Below, piece after piece: positions 10,235 to 21,915 of a DNA stretch of 64,000 nucleotides. The DNA is from Fonticula alba ATCC 38817 (lineage: Eukaryota; Protista; Nucleariida). Both the position numbers and the translations under genes were made by a program. Below the pieces are notes generated by a model. It was given only the letters and a program-made list of their open reading frames with translations. It was not told the origin of the DNA and searched no databases. The DNA lies in assembly GCA_000388065.2 (NCBI GenBank), contig KB932204.1. One strand, 5' to 3'. Positions within the stretch are counted from its first letter, which is position 1, and each line of letters starts with the position of its first letter.

Positions 10235-13200
10235 GGGCGAGACCCGGGGCAGGGGCGCCGGAGGGGACTAGACGCCCCCAGCCGGAGCCCCACTCACGCC
10301 GAGAACGCGCCGAGTGGCAGGGCCAGTGCGTGAGAGCGCGCCATAGCCCACCCGAAGGAGCCCCCCCCCCTCCCCTCGCCCTCGGCCACCGGCGTAGTTA
10401 TGCATCGCCGGAGTTCGGCCGTGGTCCAGCCCCGGCCACTCGGGCGGCCCGGCGGGAGGGTGGCGTGCGCCGGGGCCTGCCGAGCGCCAGTCCCCGGCCG
10501 GCGCCCTCGCGGATGCCGGCTGCCCCGGTCGGGCGATTTATGCCTGGCCGGTGGCCGGGTGGCATTCGGCCGGCGGCAGCCCCTTCACTCCCGGGCCGCT
10601 TTCGTCGGCCCGGTGCGCGCGGTCGCTACACACACCGTGAGCGGCGTTCGCGCGAGGTCGCCGGCCGTGTGTGGGCGCGCTCGCCCGCTGGCAGCCGGGC
10701 ATTCGCCAGGCCCAGGGGTCACACCCGGGCGGGGGGGAGGGGGGGGGGGGGCGGAGGCCGGCCAGTAGCCGGGCCCACCGGCTCGGTCCCCGGCGCCCTG
10801 ACACATTCTCCCATGTTTTCTCCGCAGCCCGGGCCACGCGCATTCGGGCCTTTGCGCCGGCGCGATCTCCGCCCGCCCGGCCGCGCGAGAGAGTCCGACG
10901 CGCGGACCGGGCCTCCGGCGGCCTGGGCGCGGCGAGGCCGTGCACCTCGGGGGCCGGTCCCGGCCCGTTGGACGCGGCCGGTGAGTTCTTCAGGGGGGGG
11001 TGCTTGTCTGGCAAGCACCACCTCCCCCCCCCCTCCGGGACTCGGTGCGCTGGAGTGGGGACGGGGTGCGGAGGGGGGGGGGGAGCAGGGCGGCGCCGGC
11101 CCCGCCGCAGCACGACCGCCTGCCCCCCTGCCAACTCTCGCCCTTGCGCTTGCCCGGCGTTCTGTCCCCTCCCCCCGTGGCCGGCCGGAGGCTCGGCCCC
11201 GTACGGCGCAAATGAGTGTGTCCTCCACGGCCAGGGGCGCGTCAGCGTCCGACGAGGCGGCCGGCTCGCGGTGCCCAGGCTGCCGGCGCCGGCGCGTGTG
11301 TCGACGCACGCGAACAGGGGCCCCCTGCCGGGCTGCGAGCAGGCCCCCCTCCCCCTCGCTCGAGGCGGAGAGGGGGGGGGGGCTGGCGCACTCGCGCGCG
11401 CGCGCCCACGCCTCCCAGTTCGCGCAAACATCTCCCCCCCCCCCGCAGGCGGGCCGGTCGTGTCCTCATCGCTGGGTCATGGGTGCGCGGTGCCTGGACC
11501 GGGACGTCCTGCCGGAGTTCCGGGGAGCGTGCCGCCGGCGGCCAGCACGTCGAACAGGCTGCCCGGCGCTCCCTGGTGCGGGGCGTTCTCCGGAGGCCGT
11601 CTGTTTGTCGGCACCCTCCGGCTTGCCAACTTGTTTGTTGTTGTCGCGCCGGCGCCCCCGCCGGGCCGCCGGTCTGCCCAGGAGTCGGCGGTTTGGATGT
11701 AGGGCGCCGAACCCGGCGGGCCGGCCGTCCCAAGCCGGGCCCCGCGCCTGGCCGCGCAGGGGGGGGGCCGGCGGTGGTGGCGACAATGCGAGCACCGGCC
11801 AGGCGCCCCCCAAATGTCAGGGGCAGGCGATTGGAGGGGGACCCGGAGGAGCGGGTGCGTGCCCCTTGGTTGCGCCCTGTGAAGCCTGCCCCGCCCCCNN
11901 NNNNNNNNNNNNNNNNNNNNNNNNNNNNNNNNNNNNNNNNNNNNNNNNNNNNNNNNNNNNNNNNNNNNNCCCTCCCCCCCCCTCCCGCCGCAGCGCCATT
12001 CCCCGGGCCCCCGCTGTCTCCCGCCCTTGTGCTTGGTCTGTCGGTGCGTATGTGCGCGCGGTCCCCAGGCCCGGCAGCCCGTCCCCTGCTCGGTCCCGCC
12101 GGCCGTGCGGCGCCCCCGTCCCAGCCCCGCGCGCCGCTCTCGGCCGCCCCTTCCGCCCCCCGAGGGCCGGGTGGATTCCAGCATTCCACGCCCCTCCCTG
12201 CCACTTGGGGGCGCCCGGCGCGCGCGCGCGCGTGCGTCGAAGTGCAGCGGTGTCTACCCGTCTCTAGGGGGGGTGAGGCCGCCTCGGCCCCTCCGAGGTG
12301 GTGTGCCTCCCCGGTGGAGCCCCGGCGCCGGGGTCGAGCCTGCCCCCGCCGGGGGGGGGTCTCTCGGCTGGCGTTGGCTCGCCCTTGCCGGTCGGCCGGG
12401 CCCGGCCGGCGGGCCCGTTGGCCGCATGCGCAGGTACGCTCGGGCGGAAGAACGCGGAGTGCGGACGGCGCGCGCGCGCGCGCGCGCCCTCACGCCCGAG
12501 GCCCGACTCCGCGTTCTTCCACCCCGAGCGCAACCTCTCGCCATAAACGGGGCCAAGGCTGCACTGGCGGACGCCGAGCCACGCGCACCGCAGGCCGCGC
12601 GTCCTCTGCCCCCCTGGCTGGCCGGCCGCCCCCGTACAGCGCAGGGGGCCACCTCCGCGCGCCGAGGGCGCCGGGGCGGATGAATCCGGCCGGCCGGCCA
12701 GCCTCGAGGCGCGCCCCGCGGCCCCCCTCCTCGCCTCCCCCCCGCCGGCGTGGACGTCGGGCTATTCTGTCTGTGTGTCTGTGTGTCCGCGTGCCGGCCG
12801 CTGTTCCACGCCCTCCCCGGGCGAAGGGGGGGCATCGGCTGGCGGTCCTGCATTCGAGTGTGTGTGTGTGTGGTGTGTGTGGTGTGTGTGTGTGTGTGTG
12901 TGTGTTTGCTTGGGCACCGGGGGCTCTCTGTTCGTGCTTCCACACGTGCGCCCTGCCTAGAGGGGTCCCCCTGCCGGCGGGCCTCTCCTCGCACGGCGTG
13001 CGGCAGGGCGCCTTGCGCTTTTGGTGGGGAGACGCCCGGGCCCTGTCGCCCTCCGACCCCCCCCCCCCAGTGCTCCAAGCCCCCCGTGGCTTCCGGCCAA
13101 CGCCGGCCGGGCCGGAGAATGGTGCGATGCCGGCACCGCAGTTGGCGGCGAGTGCGGAGGGAGGCCGCGCAGGAAGACCCACGCCCAGCTGTGGTGGCGG

Positions 13201-13775
13201 GCAGCTCGTCCAAGGCTCGACGCCGCCCCGCACCAGCCGACCACTCTTGGCGCCCCTTCGGCAACTGGGCCCCAAGCGCGCCGACGCGTCATGGCGGCCA
13301 GCCCGGCTGCCGGCATTCACATCGACCTCGACCAGGGGGGCCTCCGAAGGGGGTGTAATTTCCCGACACCCCGGCCGGGGGACCAGAGAGCTGGGTAGGG
13401 GCAGAGCGGAGGGGGCAGAGCGGAGGGGGGGGGGGGCGGCGGGTGCGCACGGAGCCCGGGTCGTCTGAGCATGAAACCTCCCCCCGCCGCGCCGCGTCCC
13501 CCCTCCGAGGAGGGAACACACCGGCCGGGCAGAGGAGGCCGATCTACCCGGGCGGTCCAGGCGGCCCAGGCCCCTCGGCGCCGGGCCTCCGGCGTTTTGC
13601 CAACCGGCACACTGCCACACTGACACACATGCTCCGGGCCCCGGAACCCCCGGCCACTCGTCCGCCCGCCCCCCCCCCCCGGAGAAGACACTCCCTCTCC
13701 TGTCTGGCCGTCCGGTTCCGATGATGCGCGAGGGGGGCGGCAGGGGGGAAGGGCGGGGGGCGGGGGGTTGGGTGG

Positions 13776-13806
<31 letters not shown>

Positions 13807-14026
13807 AATGAGATCGCCTCAAATGGCCCCGCCCGGGCGGCTCTCGCACCGGGCCCCCTACACACCTCACTTTTCACCCCGCTTCGACTGGGTCCCCTCT
13901 TCTCCTCCTCTTCTTCCGTCAACCTCCCTTCGCCTGCGCCTCGCCCCGCGCCCGACCCCTCTCCGGCCCTCGGTCGTTGGCTTTTTCTTTCCGACCCCCC
14001 CCACCCCCACCTCGCCGTCCTGCACC

Positions 14027-16082
14027 ATGGCCCGGCTTCCGGACCCGCTGGACTCGATGGGCTTCCACCTGGCTGAGAAGCTCGTCGTCGCTTTTGCCGG
14101 GTTGGTGATCGGCGTCTCGCTGATTGCCATCCTCTTCACCCTCTACCACCGAAACTGGCCTCCCATCAAGGCCAAGCAGCCAAGTCTCATGTTTTTCGCC
14201 TGGGTCGGCGGCTCCTGCTTCCTCATCGGCACCCTTGTGCGTGCACCCCGGCGCTGGCCCTGGGCCTCCTCTTTGCCCCTGGCGGGTCCCGCGAGCCCCT
14301 CTGACACATTCGCCTCCCCCGCCGCTCTGTCTCTCCTCCCTGTCGTCACCACGGCCCGCAGTACAGCAACCGTGTGTTCCCGGTCATCGACGGCTTCAAG
14401 GGCTGCGCTTTCTTCCACTACTGGATCCAGGTCCCGATGGGTGTGTCCTTCTACCTGACGGCCTGCTTCTACCGCCTTCTGCGAGTGCGTGCCCTGCTGT
14501 TTTTTCTCCCTCCCTCTCTCTCTCTCTCTCCCGGTCGGTCGGTCTCAATCTCCGACGCATGGGGGGGGGGGGGGGGGCCACAGCCACATCCTATTCACAC
14601 AACCGACTAACCTCCTGTCCCCCCCACCCGCCGCTGCCGCCGCCAGATTTACCTCATCTTCAAGGCCCGGCACCTGCACACCACCAAGTTCATCATTGCC
14701 CTGGTGGCGGCCATCTACCTGCCCTTCATCATCTTCGGCATTGTGTACACCATCTTCGAGTGGGGTGGCCCGGTGGACATTGACGGCTACATGATTTGCC
14801 TGACCCCCATCCTGGCGCTGATCATCAAGTTCTCGCTGATTGGCATGCAGGTCATCTGCTTGACGACGCTCACTTTCATGACGCGGTCCATCCGTCATAA
14901 GGTCTTCTCCGAGTACAACGCCGTCATGAACTCCATGCTTGTGCACCTGGTGGCCTTCGTGCTGTTCACCATCATCTCGATGCTCGGCCTGCAGTTCACC
15001 CTCTGGGGCCGGTGCCTGCTCGGCTGCCTGGTGTCCGTGGTCATCGTCGTCAACCAGGCGTCCATCATCTATGTGCCGCTGTACCATCGGTGCGAATCGG
15101 GCCTTGCCATATGGGGCTTTTTCCCCCCTCCTCTTGCTCTTGCTGTCCTTCGCTCCTCCTCCCCGACTCGCAGCCACATGGGCATGTCCTTTTGTCCGTG
15201 CGCCCGCTCACCTACTTCTTCATCATCTCTCTCTCTGCCCCCCCCCCCCCCCCGGGCCACCTCAACAGCATCGTCGACCCCGAGGAGTACCTTGCCAAGT
15301 TCCAGGCGCAAATCTTCAACCCCTCGCTCGGGGCCAAGTTTGGCTCGCAGTTCTCCGGGTCCTCGCACCCCGGCGCCTCCGGCACCGGCTACGATGAGCA
15401 CGGCCTCACCAGCAGCACTTCCATCTCGGAGACCGGGGCCCCGGAGAAGGGCGGCGACTCGCCCATCATCCCCGGCACCATCATCGGTGGCAATGGCATC
15501 TCCCACTGCTACGAGCTCAAGTCCCTGGACGGGTCCTCCTCGTACCATCCGCACCCGGATGCCAGCCACCCCGGCCTGCACGAGGACGACACCGCGTACA
15601 TGGTGGCCTCGGCGGCCGGCGCCACCGCTCCCGACGGGCAGTCTTACTACCCGAGCGAGGCCGAGTCTGCCGCCGACGTCGAGTCACTCCCACACCATGG
15701 TGCTGATATGGGGTCCGATGTCGAGGCCGATGCCCATGCCGACCCCCACCACCACCACCACCACCACCACTATGTGGACCGCCACACTCCCGAGGACGAT
15801 GTCGAGGCCCGTGTCACCTCCATCCCCCCGGCCGCTGGGGCCTCCTCTTCTTCCTCTGACAAGGGGGAGGAGTCCGACGCCTCGTCGGTGGACATTCCTC
15901 CGCCGAGCATGATTGAGGAGACGCCCGATTCCGCGTCGGCCACTCCCAAGGCCGCTGTCCCGGCTGTCGATGCGCGCCAGTCCACCTCATCCCTCGCCGC
16001 GTCCACCCGGTCTTCAGTGGCCTCCTTCTCGTCCTCGGTCGCCGGTGGCAGTGATGGGGACAATGACGAGTCGGTGATCTAA
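14027..16082 (+). CDS. Seven-transmembrane receptor-like protein with acidic/Ser/His-rich cytoplasmic tail; 4 exons
   Basis: Exons 14027-14236, 14362-14484, 14647-15089 and 15269-16082 join in frame. There are seven hydrophobic segments, a post-TM1 RNWPPIKAKQP motif, Cys at the top of TM3 (GCAFF) and in ECL2 (MICL), and post-TM7 PLYHRIVDPEEYLAKF. Confidence 0.8.
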
Positions 16083-16559
16083 GTCTCCCCCTGCTCGAGC
16101 ATGTGCCGTCCTCCTCCCCGCACAAAGGCATGCTTCCGTATGCGCATGCATGTGGCCGGGAGTGGTGCTTCTCCCTGCCCGCTCCCTGCTCTCGCGGGGT
16201 CCCATGGCTTGGCATCCCCTCCCTCTCTTTATCGATCGATCGATCGATCTCTCCTTCTCTCCCCCTCTGTGTAGGCGCCTGCATCTGCCTGTCCACCGGC
16301 AGGGGGAGGGGGAGAAAAAAAAACCCCATCCCTGTCCTTGCCCCCTCTGAAAACCGAAAAGAAAAAAGCGCCCTCTCCCTTGTGCGGCGCATAGTCGCGC
16401 CCTCGGCGCACAATACAGTTTCCCCTTTCCCGCTTGCCCTCGTGTGTTTGTCCGGCGAAAGGGACGCTTCGGTGCCCTGCTCGGAGTGCCCCCTCCCCCC
16501 CCCTGGCCGCTGGTCGTAGTTCCGGCAGCCCTGGCATCTCCTGTGAGTCTTCGTTCGAC

Positions 16560-16612
16560 ACACGCACACGCACCGACATGCCCGCACACTCACACACGTA
16601 CACACGTACACA

Positions 16613-16647
<35 letters not shown>

Positions 16648-16649
16648 AC

Positions 16650-16687
<38 letters not shown>

Positions 16688-16728
16688 ACACACGTACACA
16701 CATACACACACACACACACATACATACG
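16560..16728. repeat. Interrupted (CA)n/CACGTA microsatellite
   Basis: Directly visible. Similar (CA)n/(TG)n tracts lie at about 20573-20624, 40256-40325, 48384-48478 and 54772-54810. Confidence 0.9.
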
Positions 16729-17726
16729 CGGGTAGAGATGTGTGTATGAACCTGGCGGAGCACAGCTGTGTCTCACCAGGCTGCCCGCCTCCATCGCCCC
16801 CGGGACTAGCACAGACGAAGACTGCGGCACGGAGGGGCCTCGGTTGTGCAGAGCCGGATCATCCCCCCTGCAGGCCAGGGAAAGCACACAGTCTTTCTCC
16901 GGCCCGAGGGATGGACGCGCGAGACGGGGCGCAGCCGGCTCCATTGGCACCGGCCGAAGCGAAGGCAGCCCCACAGGTAGCAAAGCCACCCCCTCCGCGC
17001 GAAGATGGTGCGGGAATGTTTCAGTTGCCAATGGTCCGCCCATTGTCTCATCCCCTCCTGGCATGCCGGCGCACGTTTCCCGGCCGGCACACTAGACACT
17101 GACGGGGCCGGGGGGGGGGGGGGAAACCGCGGGAGCCGTCACGGCCGGGGAGGCACACGCACGCACACTCACCCCCCGGCTGGCAGGCGCGGGTGTGCCG
17201 GCCGGGATCCCGAACAGGGGGGGGGAAGGGGCGAATGGGCACCGACGGCAGAGGGAAGTGCGAGGGCCTCATTCGGCGGAGTTGCTGGCAGATCTGCCTC
17301 GGGTGAGGGCTCGGTCCGGCGGGCGGATGCTGCCACCGCGCCCCGAGCAAGCGCCCCTTCGACCGGGACCCGCGCAGCGCGGTGGTGGCCATCCCTGGGG
17401 CGTCCTCGCGTGGGGTGGTTGTTCCGGACGATGGTTGCCCCGCCGATCGCTTTTGGGCGGGCACTTCCGACGACGAGATGCGGTGCCGTTTGCAAGGGGA
17501 CGTGCCTGGCGATTGTTTTTTTCTCTGTGTGTTTTTTCCCTTCGACGCCTTTCTGGGAAGGGGGCACAATGAGCACCAACAAAGGGATGACAGCCACTGG
17601 TTTGATTCAGGCCGGTGGGACGGAAATCACCCCTTCCTCCGCTTCTCTCTCTCTCTCTCTCTCTNNNNNNNNNNNNNNNNNNNNNNNNNNNNNNNNNNNN
17701 NNNNNNNCCCCCGCCCCCTCCCCGCC

Positions 17727-20433
17727 ATGCGTGGCCTCATGTCCCTCCTGGCACTAGCCATGGCAGCCCTGCTGGCCGTGGCTTCGGCCATGGACGGGGC
17801 CGTCTCTTCATCCATCGGCGGAGCGTACGACAGCGCCCTGTCGACCGGGCGGCGTGACCGGCTGCGCCCCCGGGCACCGGCCGCCGACGCTGGCGACCCC
17901 CGTGGCGGGGCCTTCCCCACGCACACGCCCCTTTTCGACCAGGTGGACCAGCTCTTTGTGGACAGTCGGCGCCTGTTGCTGGCTGTCGGCGCGGTGGGTC
18001 CCAGCCACGCGCGTATCCTCTTCCAGCCGCTGGCGGTGGATCTCCTGCAAGAGGAGGAGGTCCAGGTGCGGGTGGTGTCGATCACCGACCGGCCGAGCCT
18101 CCCCGAGCAGGGATCCGCCCTGCCGGCCGATGCCGGCGGGGCCGATGCGGACATCGATCTGGTTGATCCGCTGGCCGTGGAGACCGGCGACATGGCCGGC
18201 GGGCGCCTGGTCCACGAGACGGTGGTGTCGCTGCGTCATGCGGCCGAGGCGCCGCATGTCCTGCGCCTGGCCGGCCTGCAGCCGGCCACCCAGTATGCCA
18301 TTCACTTCCATGTGCCCGGGCCGCTGGACGCCGGGGTCGATGCCGCGGAGGCCATCCGCAGCCGGACCGTGGAGCGTGCCTTCTTCCGGACCCCGGCTGG
18401 GCTGTCGGCCGGGGGTGCCAGCCAGGATGTCGAGGACCCGGAGGCCGAGCCGGCGGTGGCCCCTGGCCGGCAGACGCCTCTGCGCTTTTTGACGGTCTCC
18501 TGCAACCGGCTGAACGAGGACCTGGACACGAGCCTGTGGCGCGAGCTGGCCACCCGGGAGCGCCTGTTCGACGCGTCGCGCGGCAACATCGACCTCTCCC
18601 TGCATCTTGGGGACCAGGTGTATGCGGATGCCATCAGCAAGTCCTTCATGGCGCGCATGACGGCTCCGGCGGCCGGCCTCGGCCACCAGGCCCACCTGGA
18701 GGCCCTGACGTATCCGGAGCTGCTGGACATCTTCCGGCGTCTGTATCGCGGGGTGTTCGGCCATGCGGCCGTGCAGCCGGTCCTGCGCCATGGCAGCACC
18801 GTCATGATCCCGGACGACCATGAGTTTGTCAACTCCATCTCCCCGGAGCTGGTCCGGCCCGGGGCTGTCATGGCCACGGTCATGGCCGCCGCCCGGCGGG
18901 CCTACCTCGAGTACCAGTACCAATTGACATCCGACGCGTTCGACGAATACGGCCAGTGCGTGAGCATTTGCCCCTGAGCAGCCCCTCTTTGCTGCCTTTG
19001 CTCGGGGCTGCACCCCTCCCTGTGGTGTTGCTCTTTCTTCTCCCCCCCCCCTCTCTCTCTCTCACACACACACACCGTGTCTGTTCGTCTCCCTCCTTAA
19101 ATCCTCCCTTCTCCGTGCCCTCTCTCTTTTCTACACACGTTCTTTCTCTTTTCTTCTCTCTCTCTCCCCCCCCCCCCCCCCCACCTCCCGCCACCCACCC
19201 CCCCCCCGCACAGTGAGTTGCCCCACTTGAATGAAGGTCACTCCATCTACCACTTCTTCCGCTGGGCCGATGTGGCCTTCCTCATGCTGGATGTCCGCCT
19301 GCACCGGTCGTATGTGGCCGATCCGCCGGAGAGCCCGCTCCTCGGAGCCGAGCAAATGGCTCGCTTCCTGGCCATGATGGAGCACATTCGCACCGACCCA
19401 ACCGTCAGCCACACAGTCATCGCGGCATCCGTGCCGCTGATCTACTCCGGCGAGGAGGCCGCGCGCATCGTGTACGCCATCGAGGAGGACGTCCTGCCCA
19501 TGCACCCCTCGGTCCAGGGGGACACCTTCCGCCTGTTGGATGCCATCAGCGACCTCGGCGACTCGGCCAGCGTCATCGGCGGGGACATTCACATGTTCAT
19601 GGAGGCCGAGCTCACCAATACCCGGTGCGCTCTGCCGAGCATGCCGCTTGGTTTTCTTTCTTTCACTCTCTCCCCTTCGTGTTCTGGGGCCCGTGCTCTC
19701 CTCCTGGGTGGCGCTCACACGCACATACGCTGCCCCCGCCCCCCCCCCTTCGTGCCGATCGACTGACCTCCCGGCGCCTCCCTCGCCCCTTGTCGCGCGT
19801 AGAAATGGCAAGAAGGTCCGGCAGTACGCGACGTCCGGCATGACGGTCGGCTCCACGGTCGGCGGGTCGCACACTCGCCTGCTGCCCTTCTTTATCTTCA
19901 CCTTCCGGGTGTTGCCCCTGCGTGTGGGCCACTGGACCATGAAGCTGCTCCGTGTGCGTGCCGGCTATTGTCCTTTCTCTGTCGGAGGGGAGGGGGGGGG
20001 CTCCCGATTCCGGGGCCTTGCTGTACTGCCAGCCTCCGCCCTGTCGTCCCCGGGGCCCTTCGTGCTGGTTGGCCTCCTTCCAATCACTCGCTCGCCTTGC
20101 CTCTCACCTCTTCGCTCCCTCGGCCTCCCCCGTCCTCTTCGCTCCGGGCCCCCGTCGGCCTCTTTGGTCTGATCATTGCAGGGTGTGGTCCACCAAAACT
20201 ACCTCATCTTCGACATCAGCCCGCCCACCGGGACCAACGCACAGGTCCGCCTGCGCATCCAGCCCTTCTTCCTGTCGGAGTGGACCCTGTCTCAGCGCAT
20301 CGGCCAGTCCCTCTTCGAGGTGGGCATTCCGCTGGCGACCACCGCCGCCCTCGGCATCCTGGCCATCCTGCTCATGCGCCGCTTCAACGCCGGGCGCCGC
20401 ACTGCCACCACCCCTGCCGCACCTTCCAACTAG
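17727..20433 (+). CDS. phoD: PhoD-like alkaline phosphatase/phosphodiesterase with signal peptide and C-terminal TM helix; 4 exons
   Basis: Signal peptide MRGLMSLLALAMAALLAVASA. PhoD metal-binding motifs FLTVSCN, LHLGDQVYAD, MIPDDHEFVN, MLDVRLHR and GGDIH. Introns 18956-19213, 19625-19802 and 19954-20181 keep the frame. C-terminal GIPLATTAALGILAILLMRR. Confidence 0.85.
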
Positions 20434-20569
20434 GAGGCATGTGTCGAGAGGGGGGGATCTGCCCCCCATTTATGGAATATGCCGGGCAAGCCCCCCTCTT
20501 GCCCCCGGAGCCGGGCCAGCACACAAAGCGCCCCACTTCTCGGCGCCCAGCCACAGCCCACTCGGCTGC

Positions 20570-20629
<60 letters not shown>

Positions 20630-21915
20630 GTGTGCCGGGACAGAAATAAAACGAACAAAGTCTCCCCTCCTCCCCTGTGTGCCCGCCGCGAGGGGCCCCG
20701 CCCGAGCGAAGTGCGGCCTCCGACGCCCGCCACCACGATCAGACCCCTCCGATGGCAGATGGCCCAGCGACATGGGCTTTGCATTCTTGATGTGGTCACG
20801 TGCCGATATTGTAACAGTCACGCTCGGTCCTCGTTTCCCAGCGCCGCCCGCCGCCCGCCGTGCGCCTGCGCGTGCGCGCGCAGACACACACTGGTTGAGT
20901 GCACCGCCGGCATGCGCGAAAAGCCNNNNNNNNNNTGGTTGAGTGCACCGCCGGCATGCGCGAAAAGCCGGTGGGGGAGGGTGGCAGGCTGGGGGGGGGG
21001 GGGGGGGGGGGGGGGCCGGGCGCGCCCCGACGACACCCATGCGTTTCCCTCCTGCCCACTTTCGCGCGGCAGACCACCGGCGAGAAACACGGACCCGAGA
21101 TGCTGGCACTAGATTTGACCGGGCCACGCCCATGCCCTGAGGCCACGGGAGAGGGGGGGGGACCACCACCCGGAGGTGTCGCCGGGCGGCGGGGACCGGC
21201 GGCGGCCGGCGTGAAAAGCGGCGTTCCGAGGAAACGGCGCCCACCGGCCTGGGGATGCGATGGCAGCCCACCCCGGTCGGCCGTTGCCGTGGCGGTTTGG
21301 GGATGCTTCGCGGCTCGGCAGCGTGGATGTGCGTGGGGCCGAGCCGAATGCGCACCGGTTCCCTGCGCGCTCCGGCTCTAGCGGCCCAGCTGGGTGGATG
21401 GCGGTCGGACATGGGCGCACGCGAAATACCGCATCCTGCCAGGGCCCCACCCCGCCCCCTCGCCCCCGGGCTCTGCGTGGCCCCCACCTCGCAGCCCGGT
21501 GAGATCTCACGGCAGCTTCTCACGGCGGACACGGGCGCAGACCGGCCCACGCACGCCTCCCCCACGCACGCATATCCGCAGGCCCTCCGACGAGACCCTC
21601 AGTTGATCGGAACGGCCCCTCGGAGTTGGTCGGGCTCTGGCATGGGCTTCGCGGCGCGGCCTTCGACACGGGCCCTTGCTCCGATCCGTGCCACTCGAAA
21701 TGCCGACCCCCCGCCGGCCCCCACTCCCCCCCGGCAAACGTACCAGACCAGCGCGACGGGCATCGAGGACCCGGAACTCGTCGCTTGCGCGCCCGATGCG
21801 CGCTTTTCGGACCCCACTGTCCCGGGCCCCGGCTACTCACCCGTCAGACATGCTGGCCCTCACCCACCCCTTTCCCCCTCCCCTTTCCCCCCATCCTCCC
21901 TCTCCCCAGCACACA

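Noticed and set aside
16742-17095. 117-aa ORF between the 7TM and PhoD genes
   Set aside because: It has no motifs, low-complexity composition and no supporting splice chain.
20892-20969. 34-bp direct repeat separated by 10 Ns (CRISPR-like at first glance)
   Set aside because: There are only two copies flanking a scaffold gap, which is a contig-overlap artefact. The context is eukaryotic with no cas genes.
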